The notes: a model not told the origin generated them from the letters alone. Positions 25,053 through 38,214 are shown, numbered from the stretch's first letter. The stretch: DNA of 64,000 bases from Octopus vulgaris (GCA_951406725.2 OX597815.1:155372001-155436000), one strand, 5' to 3'. Numbers and translations: made by a program.

Positions 25053-25505
25053 TAACGATTCTGCCAGCTCACCATCTTAACAACATAATAATATCTTTTT
25101 TCCGATTGCCTGTCTTAACTTAGGATGGTGTGATATGAGTGAGTAGATAACTTGCATTATATAAAGCGAGGTATAAAGAACTAAAAATGTGGAGTTGAGT
25201 TCAATTTGAAGAACACAACTGATCCTCAAAACTAAGCCAAGACATCGTATTATATAATGTCGAATCACATAAAACAGTACACTTTAACATTATCAATAAA
25301 TAGACTGTGAGTTTGACTCTTCTCTTCCCATTTGGGTCCTGATTTGCGTCCATTTGCTTGTTCAAATGACCTTGTGATTGGTACTTAAAATAAAATCCAA
25401 CCAGGATTAAATGCCTTCCCTCACAAATGCCTGCGTCACTGCCCGATTGCGAAACTTCCAATCTCATAAAACATTTCTAACAATTTCACTTGTACTACTA
25501 CGTAT

Positions 25506-25573
<68 letters not shown>

Positions 25574-25789
25574 CATATATATAAAAGTGATAAGTAACCC
25601 TCAGTTAAACATCCATTAATATTATATCGCCTGAAGAAATGAATCCATGAAGATGAACTACCTGATGCCCTCGGATACCACAGACTACACTGTAATCATC
25701 CCAGAAATATGGACTGTGATCTTAAGAGACGTGTGATTTGTAGAAACGCGTGTAACGATGCATTAGATGTTTATAAATTCTATCCAAGG

Positions 25790-25808
25790 ATTATTATTAT
25801 TATTATTA

Positions 25809-25839
<31 letters not shown>

Positions 25840-25840
25840 A

Positions 25841-25922
<82 letters not shown>
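25790..25922. repeat. (ATT)n and (TA)n microsatellite
   Basis: Direct read. Confidence 0.95.
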
Positions 25923-25926
<4 letters not shown>

Positions 25927-26051
25927 TGAATCGTCTATCCGTCAAAGTAACCTTTAATTTTATGAAGATATCCTTGGCCTGAGGTTTCACTCGCTAAGAA
26001 ACATGTAGCCCGGATCTTACCCACTTCACTCCGTAACTCTTGAATATATGA

Positions 26052-26105
<54 letters not shown>

Positions 26106-27519
26106 GTAATAAATATACATATAGATAGACAGACAGAAGTCAGACAGACAGACAGAGAGACAGCCAGACAGACAGAAAACCAGACAGTCAGTCCGACAGA
26201 CAGATAGATAGATAGATATAAAATTAGGAGCGAGTTTCGATAGGGATTTTTATACTTCCTGTCTGATGCATTTTTCTATTTACATTTGTTCTGCGGTACC
26301 AAGTCCCAAGTTTTACAAGGTACATGTCTTACCTGGTGTTCCGATCAGCATAGCTCTACATATGCCCGAGCAGCACTCCTATTAATATCATGCGAGGAAT
26401 GTTTAAACAAATGACAGGTCTCTTTTTGTTTTTTGGGGGGTTTTTTCTACAATTCTCCGACTTAAGAACCAGTAGTCTCCCCAATTGGCATTTAATTCGA
26501 TGGACTTATGAACAAAAGCATCCAGCTAAAAACTATTATACCTTTTTTTACTTTTCTTTGTTAGCTTGTTTAAAATTATCGTCGTATTGGTATGACCAAA
26601 CATCATTTACTGACCTTAGTATTGTTATTGTCTGGAACCTACTACAGAACATTTCTTTGTCTATAAAAGTGCTTGTGATTGTGTTTCATCCCTATCCAAC
26701 AAATTACAAATTGGACACTGCTTTCGTTTCTTAAATGACATAATACGGTGTATTCAATAGCTCTGTTAGAGTAATTACATACCTTTTCAACTTGTCTCTC
26801 CATTATAATCATCCCGCATGATAATCATTATAACCATTATCATCATTTCGTATTACTTATTTCAATTATTAAAATGCTATTATTATTTATGCTTTTTGTT
26901 TTTGTCTTTTTTTCCCTATTTTGTCGAAGAATATATCAAATTTATTATGTAAGAGCATGTGGTCTACTTGTATGCGAGAGTTCACAGGATCTTTGCATTG
27001 TGATTTTGTATCAACAAGGTTGACTTTACATTTTATCATTCCAAAATCGACAAAGAAAAATAATAATACGTACTGGAGTAGATAACAGTAATTATATTCT
27101 TTTCCAAAAAAGTGTAGTCTCGTATATATTATAGAAATTGTAATTATTATGAATACTTTCAATATCGGTGGCTAGGTAGTAATTATTATAGAATGTTTTG
27201 ATAAATTCTTAGCAGTATTTAATCAAAATTTCAAATCACAAAGTTGACTTTGCGTTGCATTCTTCTCACGTAGATAAAATAAATTATTTGGTAAATTCAA
27301 ATTTATAGTCATATGCTAAACTTAGAAATTGTTGTCATTGGCAAAGATGGGGTTCTTTGGGTTCGCTTGTGCTACGTGCTAGAGGGTTATGTCTTCTAAT
27401 TCGTCCCTGTACCTTCATAGGGTCATTTAGGACAAGCAAAGGTTTGCCACTTAGTGGTTTGGTCGTGCGACTCATGATCATAAGGTGGTGCAGTCAAATA
27501 CTGATCAAAGTAAGATGAT

Positions 27520-27995
27520 CTGACAAAATCATTATCACACCGGAAAAAACGTTTAGCGGTATTTCGTCCGTCTTAAGCGGCGAGCTGGCAGAATCGTTAG
27601 TACACCGGGCAAAATGCTCAGCGGTATTTCGTCTGCCGTTACGTTCTGAGTTCAAATTCCACCGAGGTCGACTTTGCCATTCATTCTTTCGGGGTCGATA
27701 AATTAAGTACCAGTTACGCACTGGGGTCGATGTAATCGACTTAATCCGTTTATCTGTCCTTGTTTGTTCTCTCTGTGTTTAGCCCCTTGTGGGTAGTAAA
27801 GAAATAGGTATTTCGTCCGACTTAGGCGGCGAACTGGCAGTATTTTTCCGTCTTTACGTTCTGAGTTCAAATTCCACCTAGGTCGACTCTGCTTTCATCC
27901 CTTCTGGGGTCGATAAAATAAGCACCAGATGAATACTGGGGATCGACGTCATCAGCTTATCCACTCCTCATAAATTTTTGGCCTTGTGCCAAAAT
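27520..27995 (+). mobile_element. Nested SINE-B insertions within a related SINE
   Basis: Full SINE-B at 27576-27806 flanked by the 18-bp duplication GGTATTTCGTCCG(T/A)CTTA. Confidence 0.8.
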
Positions 27996-29444
27996 TTTAA
28001 GTCTGGTGGATTATGTAATATTTTGCGTCATTGAACAACACACTTCATTTCACATTATTTCAGCTGATTCCTAGTTCAGCCCACCCTTCCACCATCTGTC
28101 GATCTTGGGTGCAACAGTGACGGGACCGAGAATGTGTCTACATTTGTTTACGACCACATAGGCACCTAATATGGTTAGTGAAAACGTGATATATGCTACC
28201 AGTCTATACTCGCCCGCTAGTGACAGCTGGCCGTACGTATGTAGAACACTGTTTCGCTGGGGACCAAATACAACAAAAATGAAGCACTTCATATTGATAT
28301 TTTTCTATTGCTTTGGTAAATTCTTAGCAGTATTTAGTCGTAATTTTAAATTTTTCCAAAGCTGACTCTGTCTTTCATTCTTCTCACGTAGATAAAATAA
28401 ATAATTTGGCAAATCCAAACTCATAGTCATATGCTAAACTTAGAACTTGTTGTCACATCAAAATTTATAAATATTTAGGAGAGTATTCTTTACCTTATCT
28501 TATTAATCCTACATGTCTGCAACAGAATTATGAATGCCATGTCTTCTAAGAGAAGTAAGTATTAGTATGGATTTTCTAGTCTTGAATTATAATATTTATA
28601 AGAATCCGCAATACCGCATTGTGTACTACAAGTTACATTCTCGAAAGTGTCTTTATCAAAAGACAGTATTGCGTGATACAAGGTAGATTTAGCAACTATT
28701 TCTAGCAAGTCGAGATCTACCCAGAGACATACCTGGTGGTCTTAATTTGCTGTAACATGCGGGTTATTAAACCTGTTTCTCCATTGCAAGGTAGATTTGT
28801 TTTTGAAATAAGAATTATTTTCTTCCACCAAAGGTTGTGAATACCACCAGTAGCTAGCGCAAAGAAAATTTTCTTGCTTTTTCTTAAAATATTTTAGATA
28901 AACTTCGTTTCAGAACGACCTAACATTTAGTTATTGATAACATAATGTAAGCAACACTGAAAGAATTCCAGCGGAACACCGTTTGAGCACCACTGATATA
29001 GGAAAAATTTTTAAATAGAATTTTGTTTGGGTTTAAATAGGATGTTACAACAATGCCGACTGAACAATAATTAGAATTAATTCATTAACAGAAAGGGAAA
29101 AATATTTTAAATGAGCAATTTTTTTTAACCTACTGTGGCCGACACCAGTTTTCTAAAAGTAATATGGCCGCTAAGGAAAATAATGTCAAAATCTGAAAAA
29201 TTTCCATCTCCTTTATTATTAGAAATCTGAAAATTCTAATAGTTTTATTTATTTATTTTTTTTTATAGATAAAGTATGTAAATAGCAGAGCTAATTGCCT
29301 GTTACTTTCCTTAGTTTTATACAGAACCTTGAAATCGGTGTTGGAAACTAGTGAAACACCCATTAATCGTTCAATGCTACGCTTATTACATTGCAAACTT
29401 GCATACCGCAAAGCAACATGCTGCAGTATAGAAATTAATAAACA

Positions 29445-31085
29445 CACTAACTGGAAGAAAATTTAAGCCCTCCATCAGGCTTAAAGGTGGTCTCTCTGAG
29501 AAGCGCAAATCCAAATGGTTTGACCACTTTCAGAAACTTCTTGGAGAACCACCACAAACTAGCGGTCTTCCACTTCCTCTACACCAAATATCTAACGTAT
29601 TAGACATCAACGCGGACCTTTTCACAATGGATGAGCTCAAAGTAGCTCTCAGTAGTTTTGCTAGCAATAAATCTCCACGGCTCGATAACATACCAACATT
29701 ACTGTGCAAAGATCCAATATTGCATGAAACGTTACTAGGTTTCTGCAACGACACATATGCACATCATTTGCTTCTATCAGCTTGGTTAAAGTGTGGAAAT
29801 GTCCCTGACCCTGCAAAAATGTGACCTAACAAGGGTAGGAAATTATAGAGGCATTACTCTGATTCCAATTGCAGCAAAAGTTTGTAACAAACTCCTGCTT
29901 AATAGGATTGTACCTATACTCGATCCAATTCTTCGTGAGAATCAGAATGGATCTAGAAGGGGCCGGTCAACAACTCTCAAATCCTTTCCATCCGTCGCAT
30001 ACTGGAAGAAGGGAAAAATTTTTACAAGATCGCCACAATTTGTTTTGTCGACTTTCGCAAAGCATTTGATTCCATCGGCAGAGATCTCATGTTTAAAATC
30101 CTTGCACTCAATGGTATTCTTCCCAGGATTGTTGATGCTATCAGGGCGTTGTACACAAACACCACTGCCACGGTTATATCTCCTGATGGAGAGACTGATT
30201 TCTTTGAAATTGTTGCAGGTATTCTGCAGGGTGAAACACTCGCTCCTTTCTTGTTCATCATTGTTCTCGACTATGTTCTACGTATTTCCCTTGACGATAT
30301 GGAGGAAAAGGAACTCCTTTTGAAACTCCGCCAGAGCAGTCGGCATTGTGCACAATATTTAACTGATCTTGACTTTGCTGACAATCTTGCCTTGTACTAA
30401 AGATGCAGAATCTTTCTTACAAGCACTGGATAAAGCAGTAAAACAGGTCAGCCTTTGCTGCAACGAGAGTAAGACAGAGTTTATAACGACCTCCTCCAAG
30501 TTAATTGTACTTAAAACGTTGACAACTTCAAATATCTTGGATCATACATAGTAGATTCCCAAAAGGACTTTCGCATCTGAAAAGCTCTTGCTTGGGATGC
30601 ATGTAACAGACTTGATAAGTTCTGGCACTCAAACTTTCCGCCTACATTAAAAGTTAAAATATTTAGAACACTTATTGGGCCGGTCCTTCTCTATGGATCA
30701 GAGGCCTGGACCTTATCGGCTCTCTTAGAAAAACAACTAGATGGAACATATACCAACCTGTTCAGAAAGATACAGAACATCAGTTGGAGATCACACCCAG
30801 CACTTAGTAACATCTACGGAAATCTGATATCAATATCCCTCAAGCTAAAGCAGAAACGACTTGGCCACTTCATCGAGCAGAAAAAGAGGTTATCTCATCC
30901 TTTCTCCTATCGCATCCCCTTAGAAGTTTTTTCTCAAGGAAACTGACATTTCCAGATACTATATCTCGGGACTCAGGGTTGGATATTAGAGATCTGAACA
31001 CAGCAATGCAGGAGCGTGTATTATGAAAGGGGATTGTCACTGGAGTTCCAACCAACCATAGGTTGGTCGAAGGATGATAATGATT
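29445..31085 (+). mobile_element. 5'-truncated, frameshifted RTE-clade LINE (reverse transcriptase)
   Basis: NYRGITLIPIAAK, QNG.R.GRST, FVDFRKAFDS, GILQGETLAPFLF, DLDFADNLAL, LLYGSEAW; (GAT)n-like tail. Confidence 0.9.
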
Positions 31086-31785
31086 GCATTGCTAAATGAG
31101 AATACTAATAAAACAAGAAAAAGCTATATATAAATTAAAGTTTCTCAGAACAGATAAGAGCTAAACTATAATTTATCCCGTTGAAAGGGATTCAGGAAAA
31201 ATGGTAGAGAGTGAAGTAGATATAGTCAAACTGGAGACGTAATATGAACGCTTGTAACTGAAGGGTAATCGCTAAAGATACCCGAGGGCCAAATGTTGGA
31301 GTTGAACTCGGTAACGGAGGAAGATTACCCTTCAAAGTCAGACACTTTCTCCAACAACTAAATTTCACTCGTAAGGTTTTGGTTGACTTTTGTCTCTGAA
31401 AGAAAACATATAGCCAATTTGTTTGTGGATGTATTGCACAATGGGACTGAACATCACGCTATGTTGTAAAGCAAATTCCTTTGCAACACAACCATGTCCA
31501 GTATATTCACATATTTTAAAACAAGGAAGAGCGTACAGCATGTCCAGACACACTGCATCTCAATACTGTATTCTGGAGTGTACGATGTGGCCCTCAGTTA
31601 GGCAGATTGTACAAGTGAGAAGAAAATGTCTGTGAGTCACGTCAAATTGCTTGAATGAGTATCCTGTTGGAGTAAGATTTCTTGATCGAAACAGATAAGG
31701 GCTGTACAGAAACAGAAACTGCTACTACTTTAGTCATACATGGCAAGTGAGCCAATGTTGGTGGCAACACAGCTGTTCTTACCGT

Positions 31786-32040
31786 TTGCTTGCTTGCTTC
31801 ATACTCTTGCTTGATAGGGCTGGGGACATCCCCGGTTAGTGGTCCGTGAGACGTCATCATGAGGAGAGCCGACCAGTTCCACCAGTGCTCTAAATCCCTT
31901 GCGGTCCCGTACTAGCCCCACTGCATCCTCCAATGTGATGTCAAGCCTCTGGAGATCTTCTTTAATCACGTCCAGCCATCTGGTGCGGGGTCTGCCACGA
32001 GGCTTCTTCCATTTCGCTGCTGCTGAATGGAATGAGAGTA
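31786..32040 (-). mobile_element. RTE-clade LINE 3' end, a different family
   Basis: WKKPRGRPRTRWLDVIKEDL...RDRKGFR; (GCAA)n tail. Confidence 0.8.
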
Positions 32041-32815
32041 AAGCTCTGAAAACAACAATCAAATCCCCTCAAATAAAAAGTGGATGGCCATATCATTACA
32101 TGTGACCCTAGACATTTGGAATGACCAGTTGATCATGACTGAAATGCTTTTGATCATAGATCTGCTCGTATAGGGTTGATCAGGAGTTAAACAACAACAC
32201 TACAGTGATGTACTGATGAAGCGAGATTACTATTTTATTATAAATAATACTTTTATATACAGGCCACAAAGGGATGACAGGCAAAATCCGACACCTAGTG
32301 ATTTGAAATCCCGATGGTACGAAATTAAATATTACAAAGAATTAATTACAGTATCCTGTGTTTTCACCTCCACTTCTTACATTAATTATTTATATTTCAA
32401 AGATGAGTCGTTGCTATGATACATTAAATCTCCAGACTATTAATTTCCATGTCTTTATCTGCTACACAGTGTTTTGATTAATCTAAATCCGGACGTTTTC
32501 GGTTAATGCGCTATCTTAGTGTATGGATGTGGATATCTGGTGCTGTGGGACAAAAGCCAAGTAGAAAATAAGATGACATCCTCTAAATATAAAGACTCTG
32601 AGTTGGAACATAAGCTATCCATGAGTATGTAGTTGTACGAATATACAGGATCACAAGCGTAGTTGTGGGATTAAAAAGTTATCCGCGATCTCGAGTTCAA
32701 TCTCCCACTACTACACCATACATTAAGGTTGACCGTCTTTAGGTTCATCTCTAGCTTGTAAGTAGACTTTAGTGGACGGAAACTATATCAAAGACCTACT
32801 AATGTGCACATAAAT

Positions 32816-32885
<70 letters not shown>

Positions 32886-33296
32886 CATAGATGAAATCCA
32901 AATATTCTCCGTATAGAATAAGCTTAGTAGTGCTCAATAGATTTAAACTTAAGCGGGTATAGAGGTAAATGTAGGGATAAGCGAATTAGACAGATCAATA
33001 TATAAAGTGTATTAAGTATATGAACTACAAAACGTATATATATGTATACATATAAAAAAGGTCCAAATTACACAGATTAGAAATGTTATAGAGAATTAAA
33101 GGGGTGGAGGAAAAGTAATAGAAATCCAACTACTGTTTCAAGGGGCTCGGCGAACCATACTAATGTTTGTAGATTAATTCCATCATAGGATGAAACGAGC
33201 CTCCTTCTTCAGGGAAGAGATCTCACATTAGAGATACTGAAGGTGAGACCTTGTCTTCTTCAATATATAGATAAATATATATATATATATATATAT

Positions 33297-33462
33297 ATAC
33301 GACGGGCTTTTTTCAGTTTCCGTTTACAAAATCCACTCACAAAGCTTTGGTCGGCCCGAGGATATAGAAGAAGATACTTGCCCGAGGTGCCACGAAGAGG
33401 GACTGAACCCAGAACCATGTGGTCGGGAAGCAAGCTTCTTGTCACACAGCCACGCCTGCACC
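33297..33462 (-). mobile_element. SINE family A, 5' half
   Basis: Matches 16858-17007. Confidence 0.8.
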
Positions 33463-33475
33463 TATAATATTTACA

Positions 33476-33543
<68 letters not shown>

Positions 33544-34035
33544 CTAGCATTAAAGACCCGTCGTTGCCGGGTCATAGTGCTAGTGCATGTATATATGCGT
33601 ATATATATATGTGTACATTTACATGTACATCTATATATACATATCTACACATAAAATACAAAATACAAAGTTATATCTTGATATCGCTAGTGATATCAAT
33701 ACTCAAAATATATAACAGACTGGAATTGTTAGCCCGTCTCTTGTAATTTCGATCAATTGTATCTTGTCCTCCCTCTTGTATAGAAGTGTGGCTACAATCC
33801 AGCCTAGCGCTACTTCTGGGGGTGGGGTGCATTTTAAATTTTTTTTCCGGGACGTCCTACGTCCCAGATATAAAGGTAAAAATATAATATTTCCACTTTG
33901 CAAGTTCGAGTCGAGTACTCCCTTGCACGTTCCGTTGACTCGAACCTTGCTTCTATTGTGGCGAATTTACCGCCTCTGATTAGATACCTTTCATAGTCGC
34001 ACCAAGACACTTTTCGAAGGTACTTTCCTCCATGT

Positions 34036-35661
34036 TATTTCTTTATTACCCACCAGGGGCTACGAAGAATGGCGGACATAACAAAACATGGGGGACATAG
34101 AACAATATGATTAAATTTATGAGCAAATGAAAATGAAAAAATGATAATATGAAAGCGATGCTAACGGCCCCTTCCGCCAGCATCACTTATCTGTCCTTTT
34201 GTTTTCACTGTCACCTGAATGTTCATTCCCAATACGAAGACCATCCATATCCATTCTTACTCCGAAACTGTCCTCCATATATATTCCACGAATTCATCGC
34301 TCATTCTTGTATCTTTCACCTCCCAATTCTCCCTTTCACACCTCAACACAAACTCATCTATATTCTTCTTTTCCAGCACTGCATATCTGGTCCCATCCAT
34401 TTCATACCATTCATACTCCTCCATTACCCTTTCAACCTCTTTCTGTTCAGTCACAATATAAATGTTCGGCCTGGGTTCGTTTTCAAACACTTGTCTGTAT
34501 GTATTATTATTTTTCTTTTGTTTTCTTGTTGGAGGGGAGCGGGTGGGTTCACTGTCTGCAGGGGGAGGGTGGGATTCAGAGGGTGCGGGTGGTGTTGGGG
34601 TGGGTTGGGGCTTCGCACAGTTTTCCTTTTTCTTTCTTTTTCTCTTTTTTCTTCCTTCTTCCCACTCTTGTTGCATCTCCTCTTCTTCTGTCGTTTCTTT
34701 TTCCGTTTGGTTCTCTTTGGTTTCTTCCTCTTTTGGGGCTTCCGCGACGATTTCCTTTTCTTTTTCCTTTGGTGGGGGAGGGCAGTAGGCTCTTATGTGA
34801 CCCCTCAGGCCACACTTGTAGCACCTGGGCGCCCTACCCTCCACCCACACTCTCATAATAATATTTCCAGTTTTTATACTGTCCGTAAGCTTTTCTATAA
34901 CTTCCGCCTCCGTCTGTATGTTCATCACTAGTGTAGCACCTCTCACGCCTTCATATTTCATAATGGCGTGGAGGATGTCCACTTTATCTTCATTTCCTTT
35001 GATAACCGCAGCCGTTATTAATTCGCCCTCTAGGTGTGGAGGTATTCCTTCCACCCTAATTCTGGTGGTCCTTATATTCAAATACGAGGGGAACAAGTAA
35101 AACTTTTCTGTACTCACCACCTTGGCTGCTATATTCCTGGCTGCTTTCTCACTTTTAAATTGTACCGTTATGGTTCCATATTCTAATCCTTTTGTCATGT
35201 ACACAATTTCTTCTCCTGTCTGTTTGAAAGCCTCTTCAATTGCTTCCATGTTAAACACTTCCATTTTTCTACCTCCATTCATAAATACTTTATATTTAAT
35301 GGTTCTACGATGGAACCAGTCTCCGCGCCCTGCTAGAGGCAACAGCTCAACCTCTCCGTTCTCCTCCTCCTTCATGAACTCCTGGAAGTCCGTCAACTTA
35401 GCCAGGTCTATCTCTTTTTCTGTTGACTTCTTCGTTATACCTGCGTAGGTGCTTTCCATTTTTTTCACCGCCAACTCCTCCTCAGATGTCGACGAATTTT
35501 CAGAGAAATTTCTCCCTTCCATCTCATCCGTTTGGTAGAGGCGGCTCATAGTCGCCTCAGACCGAAAAACGGCCTCCCGAACAGAAAACGTGTGACGCAC
35601 AGAACCAGTGCGACGCGAAACCGCACCAAACGACGTTCCAATTCCGCAACCACAATTCACT
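34036..35661 (-). mobile_element. ORF1-only non-LTR retroelement (L1/Tx1-like, HAL1-type architecture)
   Basis: GC-rich 5' UTR, a single ORF1, ~220-nt 3' UTR ending AGCCCCTGGTGGGTAATAAAGAAATA; no EN/RT ORF. Confidence 0.75.
34257..35549 (-). CDS. LINE ORF1p/gag-like nucleic-acid-binding protein, 430 aa from the first ATG
   Basis: Uninterrupted ORF; RRM-like region, CCHC knuckle CYKCGLRGHIRAYC, acidic and basic tracts including NLS-like RKKRKRKKK. Confidence 0.8.
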   Translation of the reverse strand: MSRLYQTDEMEGRNFSENSSTSEEELAVKKMESTYAGITKKSTEKEIDLAKLTDFQEFMKEEENGEVELLPLAGRGDWFHRRTIKYKVFMNGGRKMEVFNMEAIEEAFKQTGEEIVYMTKGLEYGTITVQFKSEKAARNIAAKVVSTEKFYLFPSYLNIRTTRIRVEGIPPHLEGELITAAVIKGNEDKVDILHAIMKYEGVRGATLVMNIQTEAEVIEKLTDSIKTGNIIMRVWVEGRAPRCYKCGLRGHIRAYCPPPPKEKEKEIVAEAPKEEETKENQTEKETTEEEEMQQEWEEGRKKRKRKKKENCAKPQPTPTPPAPSESHPPPADSEPTRSPPTRKQKKNNNTYRQVFENEPRPNIYIVTEQKEVERVMEEYEWYEMDGTRYAVLEKKNIDEFVLRCERENWEVKDTRMSDEFVEYIWRTVSE

Positions 35662-36374
35662 TTTTGTTCTTTTTTCTTTTTTAACCGAATTTTACAGAGC
35701 GCAAAAAAAACGCGACCTTTTTTCTCTACATTGTATACTTTATAGACAATAGTCTTTTCTTTAATTTAATTTTATATTATCCATCTGGACTATTCCATTT
35801 CTGCACGCTAATTTTATTTTTAATTTATTCCCATTCATGTGAAACCACTTATTCAAGTTCAAATCATTGATGCAATTTTATACCAATTGCTATTTTTACT
35901 TTTGTTATGTTACTTTAGTTTGATTTTAATTATTACTTACTACATATAATTCAATTGTTATTATTATTTTTATTGTTAATGTGAAAGTATCTGACATAAA
36001 ATAGAGAAACGTTTTTGTTTCACTTTTAACACGTAATACTGAAATAGTGGAGAAGATATGATATTGTTATGGGCTCGCTCTAGGCAAGAAGTTGAACATT
36101 TTTTTGCCCATGAAACTACATGGACCCTAAGTAAGGCATGTGTAAAATTTGAATGGAATCGGTTGTGTAGTTCTCAAGTTTTAGGGAATCGTAGTGGAGA
36201 AGATATGATATTGCAGTGGGCTTGCCCTACGCTGACACTCCCCGGACCCTAAGTAAGGCATGTGTAAAATTTGAATGAAATTGGTTGTGTAGTTCTCAAG
36301 TTTTAGGGAAACACACACACAGACACACATTCTCAGTTTTATATATATAAAGATATATATATACACATACATGT

Positions 36375-36650
36375 GAAGGCGCATGACTCAATTGTTAGAG
36401 TGTCGAGCTTACGATGGTGAGGTTGTGAGTTTGAATCCCGCACCGGGGTGCGTGTTGTGTTCTTGAGTAAAACCGCTGTAGAAATGAGTTGCGACACCAC
36501 AGGTGCCAAGCTGTATCTGCCTTTTCCTTGGATAACACTAGCGGTGTGGAGAGGACAGGCCGGTATGCATGGGCGACTGCTGGTTTTCCATAAACAACCT
36601 TGCCTGGACTTGTACCTGGGAGGGTAACTTTCTAGGTGCAATCCCACGGT
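36375..36650 (+). mobile_element. SINE family D
   Basis: tRNA-like head; body shared with 16203-16465, 51645-51850 and 63240-63372. Confidence 0.8.
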
Positions 36651-36662
36651 GAGACATATATT

Positions 36663-36734
<72 letters not shown>

Positions 36735-36774
36735 AAAAAGGAGATGTGGAACACGAGTTGTGATATATAAAAAA

Positions 36775-36905
36775 AGGAAATGAAGAAAATGCTGAAAAAA
36801 TAATTTAAGTAAGGGAGAGTGTATTAATAATTAGGTGAAAGTTCTTTTTACCTAATTAAATACACTCTCCCTTACTTAAATTATTTTGTCAGCATTTTCT
36901 TCATT

Positions 36906-36911
<6 letters not shown>
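36775..36911. repeat. ~137-bp hairpin in (TA)n
   Basis: GAAATGAAGAAAATGCTGA...AATTAGGT is the reverse complement of ACCTAATT...TCAGCATTTTCTTCATTTC. Confidence 0.85.
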
Positions 36912-36985
<74 letters not shown>

Positions 36986-36990
<5 letters not shown>

Positions 36991-38172
36991 TGTCAGATAA
37001 ATTCGTTGGTTTATTTCCAATGGTATTTGAATTAACACGAAAAATATTTTTATCGTAGTGTTTTATGTTTTTGTTTCTGTAGCTTTATTCTACCTTTACA
37101 ACTTTTGTTTATTGTTTTTGAAATTTGAGAAGTTTTACCTTTTTTATCAGACTTATGGACTTTTATCAGACGATGGAGTGCCAAGTAGAAAGAAATGAAC
37201 ATTTTTGGCACCTGCTTTTTTCGCTTTCAACCAAGGTTCCAAAACTGCCAAAGCCGCTTGAGACAAAACAGGTCTGTGTACAAAATCAGGTGCTATTACT
37301 TAAAGAGCTGTATAAAAATGGTTTTCCTTCTTCAAAGAATGGAAATTAGTTCTCACAATTTCTCCATTTCTGGTCACTCTGTTCAATCCAATGAAGACCA
37401 ATTGAACGAGCTTATCCTCGAGTATCCAACCCATTCCACAAGGGAAATGGCCCAGCGGATGGGATGCTCTCATGATACCTTCACCCGTCACCGTCAGTCG
37501 ATAGGTAAGGTTCAAACATTCGGTGCATGGGTGCAATACGCTTTGAATGAAGGAGATAAATTTTAGCTCTCCTACACAAGTTTGCTTGACGCCAACCTAC
37601 TCCTGATGAAAGTGATTTATTTTCCGCATCGTTACCGGCGATAAAAATGGTGTATTTACGTTGATGGTTGAGTTCCGACAAATAGACAACACCTCATGCC
37701 AAGTGAGATCTGCGTTTGATGGGATTAAAAATGGCTAATCTACTACGAAAAGCTTAAAAGCAACAACGTGGTCAGCAAATGCACCGATTCAACGAGGCAA
37801 TCAAGCTAAAACGATCTGACCAGCGACAAGACATGCTTCAACGCGATAACACTGACCCCTACGTCGCTAATTTAACCAAAATTGCTATTCAAGAATTCTG
37901 TACCCAGTGTATTCTCTTGCTATAGCACTTTCAAACTATTACCTTTTACGGTCACTCTCCAACAGTCTTCGAGATATTACATTCAACGATGTTGAGCTGA
38001 AAACGTTGCTCCATGAATTCTTTGTGTCAAAACCCGGTGATTTCTACCACTAATACATTGACAATTGAAGAGCTAAAGGAATATTGGCAAGAAGTCATGA
38101 ACAATGAAGGAGAATTATATTATAATCTGATAAAAATCGTTAATAAACAATAAGGATTCAAATAAACGGAAT
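36986..38172 (+). mobile_element. Degenerate mariner transposon
   Basis: MECQVERNEHF.HLL, STREMA..MGCSH.T, GAWV.YAL, RIVTGDK, and remnants of HDN.PH and YS..APS.Y.LF; many frameshifts. Confidence 0.8.
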
Positions 38173-38176
38173 GCGC

Positions 38177-38214
<38 letters not shown>

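Larger units (their letters stand above)
33544..36353 (-). mobile_element. Non-autonomous Helitron hosting an ORF1-only retroelement
   Basis: Minus-strand 3' end GACCCG-N7-CGGGTC hairpin, 7 nt, CTAG|T; 5' end A|TCTTTATATATATAAAA; internal ~140-bp duplication at 36045-36310. That both ends belong to one element is inferred. Confidence 0.65.

Noticed and set aside
34149-35448. Plus-strand ORFs of 260, 219 and 108 aa
   Set aside because: Antisense shadows of the purine-rich ORF1 on the minus strand
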